Shown: positions 18,026 to 26,323 of the stretch, in pieces
Numbering within the stretch: the stretch's first letter is position 1
How the letters are laid out: each line of letters starts with the position of its first letter
Assembly (NCBI GenBank): GCA_964293585.1
Contig: CAXYYS010000001.1
Span: forward strand, 5,755-69,754
Direction of reading: 5' to 3'
Source of the DNA: an uncultured Acidaminococcales bacterium
GTDB lineage: Bacteria > Bacillota > Negativicutes > Acidaminococcales > Acidaminococcaceae
DNA: 64,000 nucleotides
Notes under the pieces: model-generated
Told to the model about the DNA's origin: nothing
The model's database searches: none
The model's input: the letters and a program-made list of their open reading frames with translations, nothing else
Translations under genes and position numbers: made by a program

Positions 18026-19561
18026 ATTTTAGGAACGATTATTGCCGTTATTGTAGCTGTTATCGTGGGTGTAGGTGGCGGTTACCTGGTACGCAAGAAT
18101 ATTGCGGAAGGGAAGCTGGCCAGCGCGGAAGAACGCGCAGACCGTATGCTCAAGGAAGCACAGCTGCAAATTGACGCGAAAAAGAAAGAATCTTTGCTGG
18201 AAGCAAAGGATGAGATTCACAAACAACGTACCGAAATGGAACGTGAGAATAAAGAGCGCCGCATCGATCTGCAACGTCAGGAACGCCGCCTGGTTCAAAA
18301 GGAGGAAAACCTGGACAAGAAGATTGACGCTTTCGAAAAGAAAGAGGAGCATCTGAACTTAAAAGAAACCAAGCTCAATGCTACTCAGGAGAAAGTGGAC
18401 GCGCTTTACCAGAGACAACTGCAGGAGCTGGAAAGACTTTCCGGACTCAGCAGTGAAGACGCCAAGAAGGAGCTCCTTGCCGCCGTGGAGGAAGATGTCC
18501 AACACGACACTGCCAAGATGATTAAGGACATGGAGCAGAAGGCGAAAGATGAAGCGGACATGAAGGCCCGGGATATTATTTCCACGGCCATCCAACGTTG
18601 CGCCGCAGACCACGTGGCTGAAACTACGGTTTCCGTGGTGGATCTGCCGAACGACGAGATGAAAGGCCGGATCATCGGCCGGGAAGGCCGCAACATCAGA
18701 ACCCTGGAAACCCTGACTGGTATTGACTTGATTATCGATGATACTCCGGAAGCGGTTATTATTTCCGGTTTTGATCCCGTTAGACGGGAGGTTGCACGTA
18801 TTGCCCTGGAGAAACTGATTAACGATGGCCGTATCCATCCTGCCCGTATTGAGGAAATGGTGGAGAAGGCTCAGAAGGAAGTAGAGCAGAGGATTAAGGA
18901 AGCCGGCGAACAGGCCACCTTCACCGTAGGTGTGAACGGTCTGCACCCCGAACTGATTAAGCTTCTGGGACGCTTAAGATATCGTACCAGCTATGGCCAG
19001 AACGTACTCAATCATTCTGTCGAGGTGGCTAATCTGGCAGGCATCATGGCTGCTGAGTTAGGCGTGGATGTAACCCTGGCTAAACGTGCCTGTTTACTAC
19101 ATGATATCGGTAAAGCCGTGGACCACGAGATGGAAGGTTCCCATGTGGAACTGGGTGTCCAGGTGGCCAAGAAGTATCACGAATCTGAGAAAGTTATTAA
19201 CGCTATCGCATCCCATCACGGGGATACGGAAGCCACTTGTGTGGAATCCGTGCTGGTAGCCGCAGCGGATGCAGTTTCTGCAGCACGCCCCGGCGCCCGC
19301 CGCGAGACTTTGGAAAGTTACCTGAAACGTTTGACGCGATTGGAAGAAATCTCCGAATCCTTCGACGGTGTGGAAAAGTGTTATGCTGTCCAGGCCGGCA
19401 GGGAAATCAGGATTATGGTTAAACCCGACGTGATCGATGACACCAAGGCAGTGCTCTTGGCGCGCGAAATTTCCAAGAAGATTGAGGAGGAAATGGAGTA
19501 TCCCGGTCAGATCAAGGTGGTTATCATCAGAGAGACCCGGGCTATTGATTACGCTAAATAA
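18026..19561 (+). CDS. rny: Ribonuclease Y (probable non-canonical ATT start at 18026; first canonical codon is GTG 18065)
   Basis: KH domain (GREGRNIR) and HD domain (LLHDIGKA). The N-terminal TM helix ([24 protein letters not shown]) exists only if translation starts upstream of 18065. SD GGAGGTGA (18012-18019) lies 6 nt before ATT 18026; in-frame TAA at 18023. Confidence 0.9.
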   Translation: MLGTIIAVIVAVIVGVGGGYLVRKNIAEGKLASAEERADRMLKEAQLQIDAKKKESLLEAKDEIHKQRTEMERENKERRIDLQRQERRLVQKEENLDKKIDAFEKKEEHLNLKETKLNATQEKVDALYQRQLQELERLSGLSSEDAKKELLAAVEEDVQHDTAKMIKDMEQKAKDEADMKARDIISTAIQRCAADHVAETTVSVVDLPNDEMKGRIIGREGRNIRTLETLTGIDLIIDDTPEAVIISGFDPVRREVARIALEKLINDGRIHPARIEEMVEKAQKEVEQRIKEAGEQATFTVGVNGLHPELIKLLGRLRYRTSYGQNVLNHSVEVANLAGIMAAELGVDVTLAKRACLLHDIGKAVDHEMEGSHVELGVQVAKKYHESEKVINAIASHHGDTEATCVESVLVAAADAVSAARPGARRETLESYLKRLTRLEEISESFDGVEKCYAVQAGREIRIMVKPDVIDDTKAVLLAREISKKIEEEMEYPGQIKVVIIRETRAIDYAK

Positions 19562-19573
19562 TTGCAGTTTTAA

Positions 19574-19602
19574 AGCCGCAGGCTTTTGTCTGCGGCTTTT
19601 TT
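19574..19602 (+). terminator. Intrinsic terminator after rny
   Basis: AGCCGCAG / CTGCGGCT stem followed by a T-run. Confidence 0.85.
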
Positions 19603-19603
19603 A

Positions 19604-19612
19604 TGTTATAAT
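19604..19612 (+). promoter_or_regulatory. Extended -10 element upstream of the zinc-ribbon ORF
   Basis: TGtTATAAT (TATAAT at 19607-19612). Confidence 0.45.
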
Positions 19613-19649
19613 ATAATATATTTGATTTTAAACTGGTGGAGGTTAGAGC

Positions 19650-20102
19650 ATGAAGATAGATGGTGCCGGCGGTTGTTTTGAAAACAGGATGTACGAGATT
19701 TCCCGGCAGGTGGCCTGGAAATTTGTCAAGGAATGTATCCGGGAGATGGATCTGGCCGTGGAAACTCTGGACGAGCAGAATTGTCTGGCCAGCGGCAAGT
19801 TAAAGAAGGATGAAGGTACCGGCATCTTTGCCATGCTGTTCCAGAACAATCATCATAAATTGTTCCAGGCGGCGGTACAGGAAGTGAAGGATGAAGGTAC
19901 GGTCCAGGTAGTTTTTGATGTGCATAAGAAAGTACCGACAGCTTATCAGTGGAGCAAGCAGGATGAAGAGGTCACGGATTTTTACGACCGCTTTGACCAA
20001 AAGCTGGAAGAATATCTGCATTTTGCAATCTGCCCTCATTGTAAGACGAAGGTGGACCGGAAGGTTAAGTTCTGTCCTAACTGCGGCAAGGCTATGCAGT
20101 AA
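19650..20102 (+). CDS. Hypothetical protein with a C-terminal zinc ribbon
   Basis: ATG lies 8 nt after GGAGG. C-terminus is CPHCKTKVDRKVKFCPNCG. No recognisable family in the N-terminal 125 aa. It has its own promoter-like element and terminator. Confidence 0.6.
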   Translation: MKIDGAGGCFENRMYEISRQVAWKFVKECIREMDLAVETLDEQNCLASGKLKKDEGTGIFAMLFQNNHHKLFQAAVQEVKDEGTVQVVFDVHKKVPTAYQWSKQDEEVTDFYDRFDQKLEEYLHFAICPHCKTKVDRKVKFCPNCGKAMQ

Positions 20103-20103
20103 A

Positions 20104-20140
20104 TAAAAAAACCAAATGCTGTACGGCATTTGGTTTCTTT
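20104..20140. terminator. Bidirectional terminator between the zinc-ribbon ORF and rpmB
   Basis: AAACCAAATGC-TGTACG-GCATTTGGTTT, flanked by an A-run upstream and a T-rich tract downstream. Confidence 0.8.
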
Positions 20141-20150
20141 AATATCAGTC

Positions 20151-20456
20151 TTATTTTGCTTCTTCAGCTTGGGGAGCTTCAACAGCTTCAGCCTTAGGAG
20201 CTTCAACAGCTTCGGCCTTGGGAGCTTCAGCTTTGGGAGCTTCAACAGGTGCAGCGACCGGAGCAGCCTGAACACGGGTTACTTTACCGGAACGCAGGCA
20301 GCTGGTGCAAACATTCATGGCTTTAACCTGATTGTCTACAACAACCCGTACCCGTTGGATATTGGGTTTCCAGGTCGTCCTGCTCTTTCTATTGGAGTGG
20401 CTGACCTTGTTGCCGGCCATAGCGCCCTTACCGCAGATCTCACATGTGTTGGACAT
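20151..20456 (-). CDS. rpmB: 50S ribosomal protein L28 with a 39-aa Ala/Pro/Glu/Lys repeat C-terminal extension
   Basis: The first 62 aa are MSNTCEICGKGAMAGNKVSHSNRKSRTTWKPNIQRVRV... RBS AAGGAGG. The ORF-track start at 20543 is an upstream extension. Confidence 0.9.
   Translation of the reverse strand: MSNTCEICGKGAMAGNKVSHSNRKSRTTWKPNIQRVRVVVDNQVKAMNVCTSCLRSGKVTRVQAAPVAAPVEAPKAEAPKAEAVEAPKAEAVEAPQAEEAK
20172..20247 (-). repeat. Tandem coding repeats (24/24/15/14 nt) in the rpmB 3' extension
   Basis: + strand: GGAGCTTCAACAGCTTCAGCCTTA / GGAGCTTCAACAGCTTCGGCCTTG / GGAGCTTCAGCTTTG / GGAGCTTCAACAGG. Encodes VEAPKAEA-type units. Confidence 0.85.
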
Positions 20457-20571
20457 TTCACTTAACCTCCTTGCACAGACTAGTTTGGGTCTTTGTTGCA
20501 AATTTAACAAAAATATCTTACCATAGCAGGCACATAAAAGCAAGTTTTATTTTGATGGGGAGCGTGAAAAC

Positions 20572-22641
20572 ATGAAATGGTGGCAGGAAAGCATCGGCAC
20601 TTTAAAGGGCATCGGTCCTAAAAGGGTAGAAGCTTTTGCCCGTTTAAATATCCAGACGATCGGCGATCTTTTAAACTTTTATCCCCGTCTGGACAGCTAT
20701 ATTGATAATTCCAAGATTTTGACCATCAGGGAACTGGCTACGGATGGTTCCCTGCAGCTATTTAAGGCTACGACCCTGCGGGCGGTGGAACGTTACAGTG
20801 CCGGCGGCAGGCGTTATGCCATGGTGACCGTGCGGGATGAGACCGGCTACGCCACCTTGTTTTTGTTTGGCGCCCAGACCTATGTGGCCCGGCAGTTAAA
20901 ACCGGATTTGGAAATCCTGGTTCGGGGCCGGGTGAAACCGGGACGCAGTACCAAGACCGTCAGTGAGATCATGTTCCAGATTTTAGACGCTAAACACGGC
21001 GATACACTGCAGGGCATCCAGCCGGTGTATAACCTGACGGAATCCCTGACGCAGACAGTCCTGCGGCAGAGCGTGCGCCGGGCTTTAGAACTGGCGGTAA
21101 AACTGGGCAGCCCGGAAACCATCCCGGAACCCTTCGTGAAAAAGTACGGTTTCTTAAACCGGCTGGCCTGTCTGCAGAACATTCATTTTCCGGAGAGTAT
21201 GGCCAAGCTGGCGGCAGCAAAACGGCGGCTCATTTACGAGGAGCTGTTCCTGCTGCAGTGCGGCTTGTTGTTAAACCGGGAACATAATCACGATAACCGG
21301 GAAGGTATCAAGCACGGTCCCGACGGTAAGTTGGTAGCGGCGCTGCTTCGAGGTTTTCCTTTCCGCTTGACCGCGGCCCAGCAAAAAGCCTGGCGCGAGA
21401 TTAGCGATGACATGGAAGGACGCCAGTCGATGCACCGGTTGTTACAGGGTGATGTCGGCAGCGGCAAGACGGCTCTGGCGGCGCTGGCCTTGGCCAAGAC
21501 CGTGGAAAATGGTTTTCAGGGCTGCCTGGTGGCGCCTTCCAGCATCCTGGCTCATCAGCATCTGGAAACACTGCAGCAATTTTTCCAAGGCACCGGGGTG
21601 CGGCTGGCCCTGCTGACCAGCGCTACCAAAGCTGCGGAGCGGGAGCAGATTCTTGCGGCGCTGGCGGATGGCAGCTTGCAGATCCTTATCGGCACCCATG
21701 CTTTGCTGCAAGACGATGTGCAGTTTGCCCAGCTGGCCCTGGTGGTCACGGACGAGCAGCACCGCTTTGGCGTGAATCAGCGGGCAGCGCTGGTAAATAA
21801 ATCCGGGTACGCTCCGGATACCCTGGTCATGACGGCTACGCCCATTCCCCGGACCCTGGCTCTCACCGTGTACGGGGATGTGGATCTGTCCATCATGAAG
21901 GGGATGCCGCCGGGACGCAAACGGGTTCAGACTTTGTGCTATACCGGCGAGATGCGGGACCAGGTTTATGCCGGTCTGGTCCGGCAGGTCCGGGCAGGCA
22001 GGCAGGCCTATGTGGTCTGTCCATCCATCGAAGAGGTGGAAGGCAGTGACCTGGCCAGTGTCAACGATGTGTTTGTGCATTTAAAACGCACCTGGCTGAA
22101 AGATATTCCCTGCGCCCTCCTGCATGGCAAACTGAAAAACAGTGAGAAAGAAGCCATCATGACGGCTTTTGCCGCAGGCGAGCTGAAAGTGCTGGTGACC
22201 ACCACGGTCATCGAGGTGGGGGTCAATGTTCCCAACGCCACCCTGATGATCGTGGAGAACGCGGACCGGTTCGGTTTGGCCCAGATTCACCAGCTGCGGG
22301 GCCGGGTAGGACGGGGCGAGCAGCAGTCATACTGCGTGCTGGTGACGGATAATCTGGCGCCGGAAGCCCTGGCCCGTTTAAACGTGCTCCATAGCTGCAG
22401 CGATGGTTTTGAACTGTCGGAGAAAGATCTGGAACTGCGGGGCGCCGGCCAGTTGTTCGGACTCAGGCAGCACGGCTTGCCGGATCTGTATGTGGCGGAT
22501 ATCCTGCGGGATACGGATGTGCTGGTTGCCTGCCGCCAGGATGCCCAGAAAGCTTTAGCCAATCCGGCGCTGCGGGCCCAGGTTTTGACCGCGGTGGAAA
22601 ATCAGTTCGATGCCCGTTTTGCCAATATTTTTAAGAACTGA
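20572..22641 (+). CDS. recG: ATP-dependent DNA helicase RecG
   Basis: Wedge domain plus SF2 helicase motifs (GDVGSGKT, DEQHRFG, TATPIPRT, QLRGRVGRG). Confidence 0.93.
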   Translation: MKWWQESIGTLKGIGPKRVEAFARLNIQTIGDLLNFYPRLDSYIDNSKILTIRELATDGSLQLFKATTLRAVERYSAGGRRYAMVTVRDETGYATLFLFGAQTYVARQLKPDLEILVRGRVKPGRSTKTVSEIMFQILDAKHGDTLQGIQPVYNLTESLTQTVLRQSVRRALELAVKLGSPETIPEPFVKKYGFLNRLACLQNIHFPESMAKLAAAKRRLIYEELFLLQCGLLLNREHNHDNREGIKHGPDGKLVAALLRGFPFRLTAAQQKAWREISDDMEGRQSMHRLLQGDVGSGKTALAALALAKTVENGFQGCLVAPSSILAHQHLETLQQFFQGTGVRLALLTSATKAAEREQILAALADGSLQILIGTHALLQDDVQFAQLALVVTDEQHRFGVNQRAALVNKSGYAPDTLVMTATPIPRTLALTVYGDVDLSIMKGMPPGRKRVQTLCYTGEMRDQVYAGLVRQVRAGRQAYVVCPSIEEVEGSDLASVNDVFVHLKRTWLKDIPCALLHGKLKNSEKEAIMTAFAAGELKVLVTTTVIEVGVNVPNATLMIVENADRFGLAQIHQLRGRVGRGEQQSYCVLVTDNLAPEALARLNVLHSCSDGFELSEKDLELRGAGQLFGLRQHGLPDLYVADILRDTDVLVACRQDAQKALANPALRAQVLTAVENQFDARFANIFKN

Positions 22642-22892
22642 TTTTTTCCCGGACCGTACCCGGGAACTACAGCCGCTTGAACTACTGCCGCCGGTCAGGC
22701 CAATCCAGCCACCGGTGAAGTTTTTGTAAACAGGCTTGCATTTGCCGGGGAGCGTGTTATGATTATCTTACTAGCGGTTCACTGCCGCGGTGGTACGCCT
22801 GCAGTTAAAAGAGACGTCTGCCGTGCCGGTGCCGCGAAAGTAGTAAATGTTAAGTTGTAGCTCCGGCGGAGCTATATAAATAGAAGGATTTT

Positions 22893-23681
22893 ATGGAAAC
22901 ACCAAAAGATGTGCAACAACAAACAAAGATACAGCCTGCACCGGTACCGGTAAAGCAGCCATGGTATGAGAACCCGGACGGCGTGACCAAGATTGTGGCC
23001 CTGGTCCTGCTGGTAATTTTGTGCGCGGTGGTGTATTTCTGCTGTGGTAATTTTGTGGAAAAAACTTTCCGCCTGGCCATTAGCGGCAATGTGTCCGCCC
23101 TGGCGGCTTATCTGCGTTCCTTCGGCCCCTGGGCCGTGGCTATCAGTTTCTTTATCGATGTGCTGATCAACTCAGGCAGCGTCTTTCCCTCCATCTTCAT
23201 GTCCACGGCTAACGGCCTTATCTTCGGCCTGCCTCTGGGCATCTTAATTTCCTGGCTGGCAGAGACGACCGGCGTGGTTATCAGCTTTCTGCTCATGCGT
23301 TTCTTTTTCCGCAACAGTGCGGAAGGTATCATTAAAAAAGCGCACCGGTTGCAGGACATTGATAATGCCAGCGCCAAGAACGGCATCTACTGGATGACTT
23401 TTGCCAGGGCGCTGCCGTATTTTCCTTCCGGCATCCTGACGGCGGTGGGCGCCGTGAGCCGGATGAGCATCAAGGATTATGTTATTGCCAACCTGATTGG
23501 TAAGTTCCCTTCCACAGCCCTGGAAGTCGTTATCGGCCATGACGTGGTAAACCTGCGGGCGCATAGCGTGCGGCTTACGGTGTTGGTCATCGTGGCAGCG
23601 GCAGTTTTTTACCTGATTAACAAATATGTGTTGCGCAAAAAGGCGGCGGAGGACCCCAAACCGGCGCCACCCGAAGAATAA
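22893..23681 (+). CDS. TVP38/TMEM64 (DedA-related, SNARE-associated) family membrane protein
   Basis: Multi-TM protein. Motif pattern F....P.....S...G.IFG and LPYFPSGI....GAV, typical of the family. Confidence 0.7.
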   Translation: METPKDVQQQTKIQPAPVPVKQPWYENPDGVTKIVALVLLVILCAVVYFCCGNFVEKTFRLAISGNVSALAAYLRSFGPWAVAISFFIDVLINSGSVFPSIFMSTANGLIFGLPLGILISWLAETTGVVISFLLMRFFFRNSAEGIIKKAHRLQDIDNASAKNGIYWMTFARALPYFPSGILTAVGAVSRMSIKDYVIANLIGKFPSTALEVVIGHDVVNLRAHSVRLTVLVIVAAAVFYLINKYVLRKKAAEDPKPAPPEE

Positions 23682-23684
23682 AAC

Positions 23685-23728
23685 ACACCCTGCTTGCGGT
23701 TGCTAAAACCGTAAACAGGGTGTCTTGT
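23685..23728. terminator. Hairpin between convergent genes (TVP38-family gene and hydF)
   Basis: ACACCCTG (23685-23692) pairs with CAGGGTGT (23716-23723), with additional inner pairing. T-rich flank. Confidence 0.55.
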
Positions 23729-23740
23729 TACCCGGGAAAG

Positions 23741-24952
23741 TTAATCCAGCTTGGCGGCCAGGTCCGGGAAGATACTGAGGCTGCGTTTTAAGATGCCGTG
23801 CATGTAGGCGATGGCCAGGCCGTAGTTGGTCATAGGAATCTGCTGGGCCGCAGCTTCACGGTAGCGGTGCTGCATCTCTTTTTCGTTCAGCATGCAGCCG
23901 CCACAGTGGATGATCAGTTGGTAGCGGCTCAGGTCGGCGGGGAATTCACCGCCGCTGGTCCAGGCAAACTGCAACTTTTTGCCGGTAAAGTTTGTCACCC
24001 AGCCGGGCATCTTTACGGTGCCGATATCATCGCACTGGCGGTGATGGGTACAGCCTTCGGAAATCAGGACCTGGTCTCCGTCCCGGAGTTTTTTTAAGGC
24101 CAGGACACCGGCTACGGCGCCGGCCAGGTTGCCTTTATGCCGGGCCATGAGGATGGAGAACGAGGTTAACGTGATGGCTGCCGGCGTGTCGGCATTTACC
24201 TTTTTAAAAGCCTGGCTGTCCGTGATGACCAGCTGGGGCGGCGTTTTTAAAGCAGCCAGGGTCTGACGTAAACTATCTTCTTTCGTGACCAGAGCATGGG
24301 CGCCGGCGTCCAGGATATCCCGGATGGTCTGCTGCTGGGGCAGGATGAGCCGTCCTTTGGGAGCGGCGCTGTCCACCGGTACCACCAGGACTACCATGTC
24401 GCCTGGATGCAGCAGGTCGGCCACGATGGGTACGGTCTGGGTCTCGGGATTAAGCCGGGCCAGCGTTTCTTTTAAGTCTTTGATGCCGGCTTTGGTGGTG
24501 CTGCTGACCTGGCAGCTGACGACGCCGGGCACTTCCGGCAGGTTCAGGTCGCCGGCCAGATCGCATTTATTGTAGACCAGGACCACGGGCAGTTGGCGTG
24601 CCCGGACCTGATCCAGGAATTGCTTTTCTTCCTGGCCCAGTCCTGCGGCAGCTTCTACTACCAGGACTACGATGTCTGTTTTTTGGAGAACCTGATAAGC
24701 TTTCCGGACGCGCTGGGTTCCCAGTTCGCCTTCATCATCAATGCCCGGGGTATCGATAAACATTACCGGTCCCAGGGGGAGAAGTTCCATGGCCTTGTAA
24801 ACCGGGTCCGTGGTGGTGCCCAGGACGGGGGAAACGATGGCCAGTTCCTGGCCGGTCAGGGCGTTGATGAGGCTGGACTTACCGGCATTGCGTTTACCAA
24901 AGATACCAATATGCACCCGCTCTGAGGCAGGGGTGGCGTTTAAGCTGCTCAT
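23741..24952 (-). CDS. hydF: [FeFe]-hydrogenase H-cluster maturation GTPase HydF
   Basis: GTPase motifs GKRNAGKSS, DTPG and NKCD. C-terminal cluster-binding motif CTHHRQC ... HCGGC. ATG 24952 lies 7 nt after AAGGAAG. Confidence 0.85.
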   Translation of the reverse strand: MSSLNATPASERVHIGIFGKRNAGKSSLINALTGQELAIVSPVLGTTTDPVYKAMELLPLGPVMFIDTPGIDDEGELGTQRVRKAYQVLQKTDIVVLVVEAAAGLGQEEKQFLDQVRARQLPVVLVYNKCDLAGDLNLPEVPGVVSCQVSSTTKAGIKDLKETLARLNPETQTVPIVADLLHPGDMVVLVVPVDSAAPKGRLILPQQQTIRDILDAGAHALVTKEDSLRQTLAALKTPPQLVITDSQAFKKVNADTPAAITLTSFSILMARHKGNLAGAVAGVLALKKLRDGDQVLISEGCTHHRQCDDIGTVKMPGWVTNFTGKKLQFAWTSGGEFPADLSRYQLIIHCGGCMLNEKEMQHRYREAAAQQIPMTNYGLAIAYMHGILKRSLSIFPDLAAKLD

Positions 24953-25081
24953 AGTAACACTTCCTTGCAAGTTGACTGAATTTGTTTTATGATACGTACG
25001 ACGATAGTCTGTTGCTACCGTACTTTTATATTATACAACGGGCGGGCCTGGGAGAAAAGACCTAACCGGGGAGGAAAGAAG

Positions 25082-26233
25082 ATGCCGGTGCCACGTAAAA
25101 TTTTAATCATGGCCGCGCCTTTGGGCACGGGACATAAGATGGCGGCGGCTACCCTGGCCAGGGAAGCTGCCCGGCAGGGCTTTGCCGTGGTGACGGCGGA
25201 TGTGTTTAGTTTTTTGCCGGGCTGGCTGGGACGGCTGGTGCTGGCTGGCTATAGCCTCCTGTTGGCCTGGTGGCCGGCAGGCTACGCTATGATGTACGGC
25301 TGGGGTAACCGCCAGGCTGGTTCCCTGCGGCTGCGCTCCTGGCTGAACCAGTTTTTGGCTAGCCGGGCCCGGGCTTTTTTGACCCGGGAAAAACCGGAGC
25401 TGGTTCTGGTAACTCATGCCACGGCAGCCGGCATCCTGACAGCTTATAAGGCCAGGTACGCACCGGACTTGTATCTGGCCGGGGTCGTTACGGATTTTGT
25501 GGTCCACCGGTGGTGGCTTTATAAGGGTATCGATACTTATTTTACGGCTACGGAGACGGCGGCGGCTCAGTTGCGGCAACTGGCGGCGCAAACTTTACCC
25601 GCCCTGCCGGAAGTTCTGGTCACCGGTATTCCCATCCGCCGGCATTTCAGCCGCATGACCTATCTGTATGCCCGGGAACAGTTCCACTGGGAACCTGGGA
25701 CCTTGGTGTGCCTGCTTTTAGGCGGCGGGGCCGGGCTGCTGCCCATGGAAGACATCGTGGCAAAAATCCGGGCGGCGTATCCTAAACATTTACAGCTGGT
25801 GGCCGTTACGGGAACGAATACGGATCTGGCCGCCAGTCTCAGCAAATATCCCGGCATTACTGTCTACGGGTACACGGACCAGCTGCCGGATCTTTTGATC
25901 GGGGCGGACGTGGTGGTAACCAAGGCCGGAGGTTTAACTTTGGCCGAGGCGGTGGCTGCCGGTCCGGAAATTATTATCTACAAGCCGCTGCCGGGACAAG
26001 AGCAGGGCAACACGGCCTACTTTACCGGTCAGGGGCTGGCCAGTCTGGCCCGGACACCGGAAGAGGTGCTGCGCTATCTGCAAAATTATCAGCGCCAGCC
26101 GGAACCGGAACGGGCGGCCCGGCTGCATAAACGGCAGGAGGCGGCCCGGCCTTTGGCGGCTCAGGATATTATCCGCCGGCTGCGGGAAAAAGAAGCGGCG
26201 GCGCCCGGCAAACAAGCTGGAAATTTTTTGTGA
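25082..26233 (+). CDS. MGDG-synthase-family glycosyltransferase (diacylglycerol glycosyltransferase, UgtP-like)
   Basis: N-terminus KILIMAAPLGTGHKMAAATL, plus a GT28-type C-terminal domain (VVTKAGGLTLAEA). ATG 25082 follows GGGGAGG. Confidence 0.75.
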   Translation: MPVPRKILIMAAPLGTGHKMAAATLAREAARQGFAVVTADVFSFLPGWLGRLVLAGYSLLLAWWPAGYAMMYGWGNRQAGSLRLRSWLNQFLASRARAFLTREKPELVLVTHATAAGILTAYKARYAPDLYLAGVVTDFVVHRWWLYKGIDTYFTATETAAAQLRQLAAQTLPALPEVLVTGIPIRRHFSRMTYLYAREQFHWEPGTLVCLLLGGGAGLLPMEDIVAKIRAAYPKHLQLVAVTGTNTDLAASLSKYPGITVYGYTDQLPDLLIGADVVVTKAGGLTLAEAVAAGPEIIIYKPLPGQEQGNTAYFTGQGLASLARTPEEVLRYLQNYQRQPEPERAARLHKRQEAARPLAAQDIIRRLREKEAAAPGKQAGNFL

Positions 26234-26323
26234 ACTTTGCGTAAGCTCTTGACTTGCAAAATTAAAGTATGTTATCTATAATAGGAAGTATATTTTTTGG
26301 CAGTCCTTGGAAGGGGGAGTTAA

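Noticed and set aside
20130-20465. A 111-aa + strand ORF, plus a repeat array that could be mistaken for a short CRISPR-like or noncoding VNTR.
   Set aside because: The repeats are contiguous with no spacers. They are in frame with rpmB on the minus strand and encode an AEAPK-type tail. The + strand ORF is just the mirror image.
21442-22080. A 212-aa minus-strand ORF inside recG.
   Set aside because: It is an antisense shadow of a canonical helicase gene, with low-complexity His/Gly/Gln/Arg-rich translation and no initiation signals.
22735-22892. A guanidine-I (ykkC) riboswitch upstream of the TVP38-family gene, suggested by the CTAGCGGTTC string.
   Set aside because: The downstream conserved blocks of ykkC (GGUCCGAGAG, ACACGG...GGGA) are not present. 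The resemblance is limited to a few nucleotides.
23741-24952. hydF as a marker of a hydrogenase maturation or structural gene cluster.
   Set aside because: Neither hydE, hydG nor a hydrogenase structural gene is adjacent. The neighbours are a TVP38-family protein and a glycosyltransferase. Scattered hyd maturase genes are common, so this is not treated as a system.
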